Shown: one piece after another, positions 40,484 to 51,446 of the stretch
How the letters are laid out: the number at the start of each line of letters is the position of its first letter
Numbering within the stretch: the first letter of the stretch is position 1
Assembly: GCA_028534125.1 (NCBI GenBank)
Contig: CM052817.1
Coordinates: forward strand, 85,934,001 to 85,998,000
Length of the DNA stretch: 64,000 nt
From: Lama glama
Lineage: Eukaryota
Direction: 5' to 3'
Notes under the pieces: generated by a model
Seen by the model: the letters and a program-made list of their open reading frames with translations, nothing else
What the model was told of the DNA's origin: nothing
Databases searched by the model: none
Program-made: the position numbers and the translations under genes

Positions 40484-42659
40484 AGGAAGAAGTCTTAATA
40501 CAATCTATACTAAAGCTAGATCATAACCATAGAAACAAAAACACACAAAAATTGAGTAATGAATTTAAGGTTAAAGGCAAAATTTTTAAGCTGTAATTCA
40601 GACAACTGAAGGTACAACTGGAGGTCTGTCCTCCTTTCTATCATCAGTAAAAATAAGCTTTTAAATATTTGAATTATTATATTAGTCTTCTTAAAATAAT
40701 AAAAATAATACGGCCCTTAAGTCAGAAAGGATAGTATATTTTTTATATTTAGTATTGAAGAATTTAGTTTAGATCTCTAATGTTTACTTGATCACTTACC
40801 ATAACACTAGAGTGTTTTATCCCACATAAAAATATTTTGATAATAAATTCATTGTCCCATTAAGCATTTATTAATCTTTTAAGTATTTTGTTACATTTTA
40901 TAATTTACACCAAGTGTTAGTGTGTATAAAAGCCAAATAACTCATAAAATAAATCCTCAGGAGGTTTATCTGAGTAGAAAAATAAAATCTATAGCTAGTC
41001 AACATTAAATGGACTTTAACTGATATGAAACAAATGGCAACAAGGAGTCACAGACACACATTCACATAACTTATACACATGATGCTGGAATTACTTTTTC
41101 TGTGCCCATTCAAGTTATGCGGAGTTAAATTTTCTACCTTGCTATTGAGAAGAGTCTTAATACTTTACACGTCAGTGGAAGTTTTTCTAATGAAGTAAAG
41201 TCTTGGCAATAAAAGAGACATAAAAACTCATCATTTTTTTTCTGACATTTAAAATTAAGAAAAACAGGAGATCAAAAATGGAAAGATTTGATCCCATTGC
41301 TAAATAAACATAGCCTCTAGTTACTTAGGGGCTAGTTTTATCATTAAAAAAGGTAACTTCTGAATCATTAAATTCCCTTAGAAGCACATTTATTGAGATG
41401 TGCCCACTGTATGGAAATACCTCCCTTCACTGAACATCCTCTCCTGCACCCTGACCTCCATTCTCTGGATCTGCACACTCTGAAACACCCACACTGCTAT
41501 AATTTGGAGAAATAACTCTATAAATTAGAAACACAAATGAATTTATTTTACTCTGAATGGTATTTTTTGTCTTCCAATCAAAATAATGTATATGCATCTC
41601 ATATTTGAGAAACATAGGATCCACTGAAGAACTGTATGGTGGACACCATAACTACAAAACTTTTTTTATAACCATGGCTACTGACTTTTAACTTAGCAGA
41701 GAAAAATTCATACAAGTAATGAGTATGATTTTTACTTCTCAATGTTATTTCCTCCTTTAAAATACAATACAGTCATTAAATGTCTTAAGAAATGACTCTG
41801 AAATATAGCTATCAGGAAAAAAACCAAGCATTATTTATGTTAATCTATTTTTATATATGTTTAAAAGAGTGAATTACAGAAAATACAAGTATGTTGAGAT
41901 TTAATCTTTTCATAGAGTTAAAATTTTCTATAAAATTTTCTATAAAATGTATGCATAATTAATAGTAGATGGCCAATTATATAAGTTCTTATACATTTTA
42001 ATTAAATTATCCACTACACTGTGTTGGTGGCTTTTAATATCTAATATTTAATCAAATAAATAACTTTAAGGAAAAAAGTAGACTCTATTAGATACAATGC
42101 CTAATTTTTCCTGCTGCTTCATATTTCAGAAAGAATAGGAAAGAGAGAACTTTGATTTAAACAACAACTTAATTTTGAAATAAGATGTTCTTCAATCTGA
42201 GACTTTGATTAACTTTTGACCACGGCTTGCAAATATCTTACAAATTCCACTTCAGTGATCAGAAATCAGTGTCATTAAATCATAGATTTTAAATTGGGAG
42301 GTAAATGACTACATTACATATATCTTTTTAGTTTCAAAGCAAAAACTGCAATTTTCAGATTTTGAATCTCAAATTTCACTAGATTGTAGGTTAAAAGTAA
42401 TTACGTCTGTGTTCAAGTAAATATGCATATCATGTCTATGTTAGTATTTTCCTATGACAGAGTAATAGTGATATTTGCTTACTCTATCAGGCTGGCCAGT
42501 TCATATCAAATTTACTCAATTCTCTCTGTGGCTCTAGTTCAGAATGGGGATGATGTGGGTGGTGGTCGTGTTGTCCTGAACATAAAAGGAAGAGAATTTG
42601 ACAGGCTCTATCGGGTCTCCAGGCAGAGACTGAACAATCACCCTTAACTGATAGTTGGC

Positions 42660-42955
42660 AGGTGACCTACTGACTTTTTTTGGATCAAATTCTCACCAGA
42701 GGCCAAAGTAAAGTACAGAACACTGTTAACTTTTTTTGAACTTGTGTGCAAATTAAAAAACAAAATCTCCTTTGGACGGGGGTAGCCCCACAGACTCACA
42801 TCCTAGCAAACAGCTGGCACTTTTGTGTGACCTCCTCTTCTACATGTGACTACGCACCTAAGTTCACTACTTAGTAAATCGGAGGACAGGTTCAGTTTTA
42901 AGCCACCACACCCTCTTCCCTGTGGCCTTTGGCCCTTATCTAGTGCACGATAAGC
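42660..42955. promoter_or_regulatory. Candidate hepatic/intestinal enhancer (motif cluster)
   Basis: DR1 tggcctttggccc 42923-42935; DR1-like aggccaaagtaaa 42700-42712; GATA sites 42935-42940 and 42949-42954; FOXA-like gcaaaca 42806-42812; tgacct half-sites at 42663 and 42828. Confidence 0.35.
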
Positions 42956-42984
42956 ACAGTCCTAGGCAGTGGTCCTGAAAAAAA

Positions 42985-43095
42985 GGCAGGGCTTGGTGTA
43001 GGTGATGAGAGCTGCCAGACTGCAGAGTATACACCTACAGGCGCAGACCCAGCTCCAACCAGCTCTGTCTGTCATGGACCGAGCACGTTACTGAC
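42985..43095 (+). mobile_element. Degenerate MIR
   Basis: gggcttggtgtaggtgatgagagctgccagact...gacccagctccaacc...ggaccgagcacgttact. Confidence 0.4.
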
Positions 43096-43674
43096 TGTGG
43101 CAGTTAGGTGGTCTTTGAATGCTGACCATACTTTTGTCCGCAGGTACCTCCAGGTCCAGGCCCCTCGCCACACATGCATCTAATTTTTCTTCTGTCTTCT
43201 CTAGATCTCCCCTATGATCTTCACCTTGAGAAATTATTTCTGATCATAGGCCTAGGATATTTTTCTCCTGCATATAACAAAAGTTTCACAAATCTATTAT
43301 CTATCTGTATCAGTTTTCGTTCCTATTAACTTAAATTTTGAAGCCCAACCCCCAGTAGAAGTTGCTTTTGTCTTACTGGTTTTTCACTCTAGTTTTGGGC
43401 CATGGCATACTTCCCTTGAAATAGTTGATATACAATGCCTTAAAAGAAAACAAAGAAAGAGAGAGAAAGAGAACGATGAAAGAAAGAACAAAAGAAAGAA
43501 AATAAAAACAAATGATATCAAAAATAAAAAATAAAAACTTCAAATGTTAATATTTCTTTTAATATTAGACTTTGTAATTTAGAGTTCATTTGGAGCGAGT
43601 AAATCTAAATCAATATAAGTGATGGCCTAACATTTGCATATTTTATCAATTTAAAAATATTCATGGTTGGTATT

Positions 43675-44125
43675 ATTTGCGTCAGCTAGTACCTGTTACT
43701 GCCCCCCTTTTGGGTACAGAGAAGACTGCACTTTCTAGCCTTCCTTGCAGTGTGACACAGTGAGCATTGGCCTTCATGTGATGAGGACTTTGTACAGAAA
43801 TATGAGCACATGTGTGCACTGTTCATGGCTTGACGCAGGGAGGGACCTATGAGCAATTCTCTAGGTCACTCTTCTCTCTCCTCTTGCCTTGGATCATAGA
43901 AGAAGCCAAGTGTTGAGATGTCAAAATTAAAAAACGTTAAGTACTCCTGAATCATTAAGTCTCAGCATGAAAGAATGTTGCCCTGGAAACCAGAGGCAGG
44001 TTTAGATATGTCCCTGAGTCCAAGATGATCTTATGTAAAAAAAAAAAAAATCTTATTCTGTTTAATCACTGAGACTTTAGGGTTCTTTACTGCTGTAGTA
44101 TACACTTTTCTAGCCAGGATAATGT
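43675..44125 (+). mobile_element. MaLR LTR (MLT1I/J-like)
   Basis: agaagactgcactttctagccttccttgcag...tgttgagatg...ctgtttaatcactgagactttagggttctttactgctgtagtata. Confidence 0.75.
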
Positions 44126-44309
44126 TCAAGAAAATTTGTGTTTGAAGTTTACAACCTAGCACATCAGGCAAAAATATGAAACATATTTAAGTTTTACACT
44201 GCATCATAAACTTAGGATTTACTTAAGAAATGCCCATCAGAAAATGTTGGAATGATTTCTCATCTGTTATGTTGTCATTTGACCTAGTCGTTGGGCTGTG
44301 GGCTTGCAG

Positions 44310-44458
44310 CATCACAGGGTGGTGGACACTGGGTGTCTCATTCACTGCAATGAGCCTGCCAACAAGATGGACATGTATGAAAAATAAGATGTTGTATTTT
44401 AAGCCACTGAGAATTTAGGCTCTATTAGTGCAGAGTATCCTAACTATGCTGATTCAGT
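44310..44458 (+). mobile_element. MaLR LTR 3' end (MLT1)
   Basis: gatggacatgtatgaaaaataagatgttgtattttaagccactgagaatttagg...cctaactatgctgattca. Confidence 0.65.
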
Positions 44459-45307
44459 GAAGTACCTAAATCTTTTGACATCAAGTTTTTCTCCTGCACA
44501 AACTTACTGATTTCGGAGAGCAGGGTTGTGTTCCTTACTTCTCTAGCTCACTCCTGTGCTTCTTAAATTTATGTAAAATATGAACTCCTTAGACCTGTTG
44601 TCTCAAAAATGATGTTTTTTTTTAAATCTAAAAAAATAGTGTTACAAAATAAAGTTTCAAATAAATGGCTAAGCTTTGGACCTCAGTTATTTTAAATATA
44701 CTATCATGTAAGTTTATAGACTGATTATAATGTTCAAGAATTATTTATTTTAAAAATAGAAATGGAATGTGAATTTAAGACAAGATTATTGATTTTTGAC
44801 TGTAGTAACAAATCAATGTTTCTTGTCGAAATTTTGAGAGAGAAAGTGGCAACTTTAATTACTGGGGACAAGAAAGGCATGCTATATGTGTTCTTATTTA
44901 TATCTTTACACTCACTTTAAGATCCAGTTACTTTCATTATGATTTTATATATCAAGGAATAGAGTTGAAAGGGATTACATAGCTTTCTACAAGTTTATAT
45001 AGTTTGTGAGTATCAGGATAATTTTAAAATAGATTTTAGAAGTAATTTTTAACAACGTTTTAAACCTTAGACATAGAAATGATAGACAAAGGCATAGTTT
45101 TCTTTAATGATTATGATGTTGCTGTCTATGTAAAGCTATCCAATATCAATTTTCTTCCTCAATCATCTATTTTTATAACTATATTTATGCAATACCTGAG
45201 GAATTTCAGTGAAATTTTCATTTGGTAAAAAATCCAGTTCTCTGGACTGTTTTTGCCAATAGTTCACTTCATTTTCCTACTTTTTTTTTAAAGCTGGAAA
45301 CCAAAGA

Positions 45308-45775
45308 GTATCTGTTAAAATGCTTTTAGCTACAATAACAAACAAATAAGCTAAAACAATGAATTAATACATTATTTTCTGTAATACCAAGTCCAGAGGC
45401 GGCATGTATTCAGCATTAATTGACTAACCAACTCGATGTTGCCATTGTGTTCTCTCTTCAGCCTGACATAACGATTATCTGCTTCAGCCTGTCTGTTTCT
45501 CTTAACTGGTATGAAAGAGCCACCATTCACAACTGTGATGTGTGCTTACTCGCTCACGTCCAGTAGCAGTCTTTATTTCACAGTCTGGAATGAAAGTCTT
45601 ACCCATCAATATTATTGAGCCAACTTAGGTTAATATTCTTTTTTTTTTTAATCCCCAAACAGCTGTGAGCTGTTTGATGTACTATGGATTTCTAACTCAA
45701 GTAGCAGGTGTAACAGGGTTATCACATTTACCTTAAAAAATCAGAGTTCCATCTGAAGCTAGTAATAGGTTTGGC
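45308..45775 (-). mobile_element. Old MaLR LTR (MLT1K/L-like)
   Basis: tatctgttaaaatgcttttagctacaataacaaac...aataccaagtccagaggc...tattgagccaacttaggttaat. Confidence 0.6.
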
Positions 45776-46129
45776 TTTTTGTTTTCTTCCAGAGTTATTG
45801 AGATATTATTGACATACTGGCAAAGAAACTTTGAAATGCAAAATCTTAAAGTCTCTGGCAGAAGTGTGGGCTGGTTCTGACGAGCAGAATGTTACTGAAA
45901 GAAAAGAAACTCTTACTATTTTCCTTAAAATGGGAGAAACAATAGCCACCATGTTCATTATTAAGTGCTATTAATCTCCTTTCAGTTTAATCTCAACCCT
46001 ATTCCCACGTATTCCACAGACTGGAGACTAAATTTCGAAATTAACCACTGCTGCGAGTCTAGAATCATAAAGAAATAAAAAGGAAGGTAAAATGTAGATA
46101 GACAGATAGAGATTGATCCATCATGAAAA

Positions 46130-47985
46130 AATACACATCTTTATAATGACTGTGTCAAAGATCATGAGGTTAGAGTGGATATCATAACTTCCTTCTTCCA
46201 CTAGAAAATCCCGTATTTTCTCTGTTCTCATCCAGTACCTGAACTGGTCAGTGTTTTTTGTTAAATAAAGTAGCCAAAATTTTATTCCCAAATGGTCTAG
46301 GTTTCATAGCAGTTCTGCCTGTGTTGCGTTGCACTGTTCTTCCTTTCACGTATACTGTTGACCATGAGAGTACTAAGAGAAGCCTAGAAAACTCTGAGTT
46401 TCAGACAGAGTTCTCCCTGCTCCCACTGCTGTGTCAGCAGCCCAACAAGATTCCCTCGACACTGGACTCGTTCATCCCATCTAGTACAGTTATCTACTTC
46501 CTTGCTTACGGGCTCTGTGGTATAAGAAGCCTCAAGTTACAATGTCCCAGTGCTTGGAAACTTTGTTTCCCCTAGAAAAAGCATTCCTTCCTCGGAAATC
46601 TAGATTCCACACCAGTCAATGACAGCCACAAATGGCCTCTTACAAAGCAGAAGCTAGACTCCTGACAACTGGGAAAGGGACAGGGACAGGAAGCTTTTTC
46701 TCAGAGGAGAATAATTATCCAGAAAAGAAAGCTTTGGCTTTACCCCAAAACTCTAAAAGTTGCACTATAATTCTTTAAATGGAGCTTGGGAATCACTTTA
46801 TACATTATCCTCTTTTACAACAGACACTCCAGGTATCATTGGTTCTACTCAGTCATAAGGCTAATTAGACGAGAAGTCTGGACATGGTGCACAGCATTCT
46901 TTTGCTTTAGGCTTCACTGAAAAATGGATCTTATCAGCTCTTCAGTAAATAGGTCAGAGAAATACACCGAATGTTGCATACAGGGTCCCCATATTCGATA
47001 TACTCATCATGCATTTGGCCCTTTTTTTGGTTGTAAGAATTTCAAAACACAGAAACATGTTTTTCACTTTAGAGCAGATATTCTGACATGCCACAGACCA
47101 CTGAGCCCCCGAACACTTCATTAGCATTGAAGGCTTTAGTAATTTCATAGGTTTATCTCCCAGCTTACTGCATGCACATGTCTTATTAAGAGATCTTTGA
47201 ATTTGTTAATTCCTCACCAGCAGTTCCACATTATGTCCTCAATGAAATGAACCACAGTAATAGTTTATTGGATGTCAGGGAGACTACATTATGGCAAGAA
47301 GCAAGAGTGTCGACCTAGCTCTTATAAAAAGAAGTGAAGTTAAATTTTTGTCTCGGCTAGTAGAGGCAAATTACTTCTGGTGTCTTCTAACTAGGTATTG
47401 AAAAATGTGACCAGGTTCCTGGCACTACGATGAATGACACTTGCAATTGGAGACACCACTGGATTAAGTTTATCACAATCGATAGTCATTATCCGTGATT
47501 CATCAACTTCTGTCCAAGGTTAAGTTGCAAAAAAAGGGCGCAGGGGTTCTCCTTGGCATTTTTAAGTCTTTGATATTGGCAATGATCTGTGAAAACTCCA
47601 CAAAAATAATGTATTATGTATTGTTTTCCTTTCTGGTAGGGAGAAATTCCTGAGATTTCCATTTGGCCCTTACTCAGGTCACAGTCTCAATCCATGGATT
47701 AAGGGTATAATGTAGAGATTCTACCAGTTGCTGAGAAGGTCTATGGAAATTATACAATCAAGAACTGGGAAAGTAATAGAATTTGTTTGTAGAGCTTCCT
47801 GGACATGATGTGAGGCAACTCACACCAAACTCCTGAACTCTAGAGGATCCCACTTTAAGAGTGAACCACAATGGAGTTTTAGGACCTATGATTTAGTGTA
47901 AGTTATTGAAAAGCCAGAGTATTTTCCTTTCCTCTATACACAATCCTCTTAGGAAATGACCAAGGGTCCCTTTAAGGGAAGCTTC
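46130..47985 (-). pseudogene. ERV-L-type internal region (pro-pol: RT into RNase H/3' pol), decayed
   Basis: Minus-strand peptides RAKWKSQEFLP, IIANIKDLK, DESRIMTIDCDKLNPVVSPIA, ITVVHFIEDIM (YIDD-equivalent at 47235-47246), and ORF 46954-47148 KCSGAQWSVACQNICSKVKNMFLCFEILTTKKRAK, collinear with recalled ERV-L Pol; the 46130-46900 assignment is weaker. Confidence 0.88.
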
Positions 47986-47989
47986 CAGT

Positions 47990-48211
47990 AGGTTGAAGAA
48001 GAGGATGCCACCATTTAGTCACTGCCCAAAGAAGGAAAATGAGAGAGAAAGGAAGAACTACAGCGTCTCCTCTCCTCCTACCTCTGATCTCCGTGTGCCC
48101 TCTACTGGCAAAAGTTAGCAGGTAGGCCAGGTAGCAAAGGAGCTTCAGAATTGTGAAGCAGAGCATAGATAGACGGCTGAGACTGAGAGATAATTCAAAA
48201 ATAACCAACAA
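47990..48211 (-). mobile_element. ERVL LTR 5' portion (LTR33/LTR41-like)
   Basis: Minus strand: tgttggttatttttgaattatctctcagtctcagccgtctatctatgctctgct...ctcctttgctacctggcctacctgctaacttttgccagtagagggcacacggagatcagaggtaggaggag. Confidence 0.75.
48095..48108 (-). promoter_or_regulatory. CTCF core motif inside the ERVL LTR
   Basis: Minus strand CCAGTAGAGGGCAC fits the consensus CCASYAGRKGGCRS at all 14 positions; binding not demonstrated. Confidence 0.55.
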
Positions 48212-48339
48212 AGTCTAGCAATCTCTTTCATTTGGAAAATTAATAGCACAAAATGTAATTATATAACTGGAAATAAATTTAATTTTTCTCTACATATTGA
48301 TATCTGCATTCAAATCATTTACTTGTGTAAGATACAGCC

Positions 48340-48918
48340 TACATGATCCAGGTATAAATTGCTGTGTAACAAACCACTGAAACCTTAGCGGCATAGAGTA
48401 ACGATCAATTCCTGTTGCTTACTGACCGATGAGTAAACTATATTGTTTTTTAGAGTTTTGTCTGGGCTTACTCAGGTGCCTCTGATGAGCTGGAGATTGA
48501 GCAGTTAGCTCTGAGGATATTGGCTGGGTCTGATGTCGGGGGCCACAGGGACACTTGGACTTTCTCCTGCAAGTCTCTTACTGTTCACTGAGCTCCCTGA
48601 GGCTTTACATGGGAATAGCTGATTTCTAAGAGTGTGAATCAGAGCATGCAAGGTTCCATGATGTCTAGGCTTGAAACTGACAAAGCATCCCTTACTTTGC
48701 TTTCTCTTGGTCAAACCCTAAGCCTAACTTGTGAGAGACCATGAACCATAACCATGCAGTTAAACTGTTCACAGATTCCTGAATCTCAGGAAATATGTAA
48801 CATAATCTGTGTTATTATAAGTTGCTAAATTTGGGGGTAATTTGTTACACAGTAATAAGTAAATAATACAGGTGTGAATACAGAGAAGATGGGTATTTTT
48901 GGCAAATAATCTACTACA
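48340..48918 (-). mobile_element. MaLR LTR (MLT1G/H-like) containing an opposite-strand MLT1 3' fragment at about 48720-48870
   Basis: ttgctgtgtaacaaaccactgaaaccttagcggc...tctaggcttgaaactgaca; then + strand cagattcctgaatctcaggaaatatg...ataagttgctaaatttgggggtaatttgttacacagtaataagtaaataataca. Confidence 0.75.
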
Positions 48919-49659
48919 TAGAACTTTGAGAAAGCTAATTCAATTTGTGAAATGTATTCGGGTTTTATTATCTCATTCTATAATGCACTAATACAAATTA
49001 TCCACAAGGATTAGACCTCTAAATTCTTCTGAATGTAATTTCTTTACTGCATCACATCTTAACTTCCTTAGATGCTTTATCCAAAGCAATAAAAAAGAAA
49101 ACATTAAGAAAAAAATATTCATTTCGTATCAATGAAGAAAGCATTTTATATAAGAAATGTTCAATATATTCATATAAGTAGTCATATAAGTAGTGATTTT
49201 TACTGCAGAATTTTCTTTTATAGAGAAAATTAAGAAACAATCATGGTGACTTTAGACCTCCTTAATGCTGGTAATACACCTTCATCCTCTGAAGATAGAA
49301 TTAATTTGGGAAAAGAATCAAAATCACTGCCATTCACTCCCAATATTTTCATTAAAATTTTTCTGGTGTCATTTGTAAAATGATTTTCATGATCATACTT
49401 AAGAAAAATCTATCCATGATTTCCTCACTCTCTAAAATATTGGAGTCAGAGCATAATCTATCCATGATAATACTCTGGAAAACAACATTTTTTTGTTATT
49501 GAAGTTGTTGCATATCTTGAAACTTAAATCATTCTCCTCTCTTTACTACCAGTGGTTTTCAGACAAATCCTTGGAAGACTCTCCCTGTTTTTTTGTTTTG
49601 TTTTGTTTTGTTTTTCAAGAAATTCTCTCTTGATCTTACATCCCTCTCCATCTCTCTCT

Positions 49660-49794
49660 TTTTTAATTTATGTATCCTTTTGGTGGGGGGAGGTGATTTG
49701 GTTTATTTATACCGAGAGGCAGTGCTGGGGATTGAACCCAGGGCCTCAAGTGTTCTAAGCATGCACTCCACCACTTGAGCTATACCCTCCCCCC
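49660..49794 (-). mobile_element. tRNA-Ala-derived SINE (vic-1-like)
   Basis: Minus strand: ggggggagggtatagctcaagtggtggagtgcatgcttagaacacttgaggccctgggttcaatccccagcactgcctcggtataaataaacc. Confidence 0.9.
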
Positions 49795-50020
49795 TTCTCC
49801 CTCTGTTTAAACTAAAGTGTCTCCAAACTTTGAGTTATCACTTATGGACACTGAAGCAATCTCAGAGCAAATGCCCTGAATTTTTTGTTTGTTTGTTTGT
49901 TTGTTTGTTTTTATGCTTAAAATGTATATTTGAACATTTAAAAACTGAATGCACTACAGGATATTACAGGACACTCTGCTCCATACCACTCTCCTCCTCC
50001 TGCCCACCTTCTCCCCTCAA

Positions 50021-50021
<1 letters not shown>

Positions 50022-50052
<31 letters not shown>

Positions 50053-50057
50053 ACACA
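50022..50057. repeat. (CA)n microsatellite
   Basis: Directly visible, one interruption. Confidence 0.95.
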
Positions 50058-50812
50058 GAAAGAAAACCCCATAAATATTTGTTTTTCACTATGAACTAGT
50101 CACTGATTCCAAATTGCCACAAGTGTAAGGCAGTACACTCTGTGGAGCTACACTCCGTGAAGCAAAGCTCACGTACAGAGCACTGACTGTTTTCACTAGT
50201 GCTAATACCAGTATTTGTACCAGAGAGATAAATTGAACCATTTAATGGAGGCATAATGCCACAATCTAAGTTTACAAGTAAACACAATTTGAATCAGGCT
50301 CTGTGAATCTTAGACCAATGCTATTTTTCTTAAAAAACCTCCAGTGAAGTTCTAGATAGCCGGTCCACCCGTCTTCATCTTATTTCTTATTATCAATATT
50401 TGCCAATGCAAGTGTCACAAAAGCTCAGTGAAGGAAATTGACTTCTTGGCTTTTGCCTCTTTTCCCTACAGAGTGGAACACTGGAAACAGCCTCTGAGTC
50501 TTCTTCTGTTCCTATGCCTCTGCCTGTAATCCCTGTTGGTTGGCAGCAATGCAGCTCTCCCTAGATCACATCCACCTGCTTCCATCCCAAACACAATCTG
50601 CTAACAGCATTCCCCACAAACAGAATAGATTGTGGGACTCTTTAAGGTTTTAACTAAGGCATGTCTGTGAAGCAGTGATTCACTTTGGCAGCTGAGAGCC
50701 AAACCTTCAATTTTGTTGTTCATTTCCCCAAAGATAGGAATATTGAGTCACACAACAAAATTCAACATTTACATGTAATCAGTCACTTAAACTTATATGT
50801 GACATATACATG

Positions 50813-51446
50813 TGTTCATGTAAATAATCAATAAGCAGTCTATAGTAAGAATAGAGGAGAGTTTTACTTGAGCCAAACTTAGAACTATAGCCAAGAGACA
50901 CAAACCTTGAAGCACTTGAATTGCTTTCCTCCGGACTACAAAAATGCGGGAGGCTAAGAAAGGCAAATACCTCAAGTTGTTTAAAGGCAAATACCTCAAG
51001 TTGTTTGCTGAGAATTAAGATTAGAGCTAGCAAGCAGTAAGGGTGCCCGTTAAGCAGAGATTAGTTGGGGTCCAGAATGGCTGCACAGTTACAAGGGACC
51101 ACAAGTGATGCTAGCAGATACTGTATTGAGAATGGCTGGTGGTGTCCTTGGGTTTGATACTATTCAGAAAACTGAAGTTCTCAGCAATGCAGGCAAGCGT
51201 CTGAAAACACATCCACGATGGCTGATCTGGCTTTGTTTTGGATGCCTGAACCACAGTTACTCCATTTTGTATTTTAGATGCGTCCTTTCTTTTAATGGAA
51301 TGGAATGGAATGGTAAAGCAAAAGTACAATGCAAGCTTGATAGGCCATAAGACAGGCAGTTCGAGTTAGTATAAAGCTCAGGCCAAATCATGTATAAGCC
51401 GGAAGGACTTCCCCATACCTCAAATAAGTGAACATTTCTTTCATCA
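50813..51446 (-). mobile_element. ERV1-type solo LTR, 634 bp
   Basis: tgttcatg...tttcatca; gagttttacttgagccaaacttagaactatagcc is U5-like; flanks catg (50809-50812) and tgtg (51447-51450); internal 24-bp tandem duplication. Confidence 0.8.
50959..51006. repeat. Perfect 2 x 24-bp tandem duplication
   Basis: aaaggcaaatacctcaagttgttt at 50959-50982 and 50983-51006. Confidence 0.97.

Noticed and set aside
49722..49794. tRNA-Ala gene (also at about 26785-26854)
   Set aside because: Anticodon arm and acceptor stem are degraded and an A-rich SINE tail follows; these are SINEs.
50959..51006. CRISPR-like direct repeat
   Set aside because: Two adjacent copies with no spacer, inside an LTR in mammalian DNA; no cas genes.
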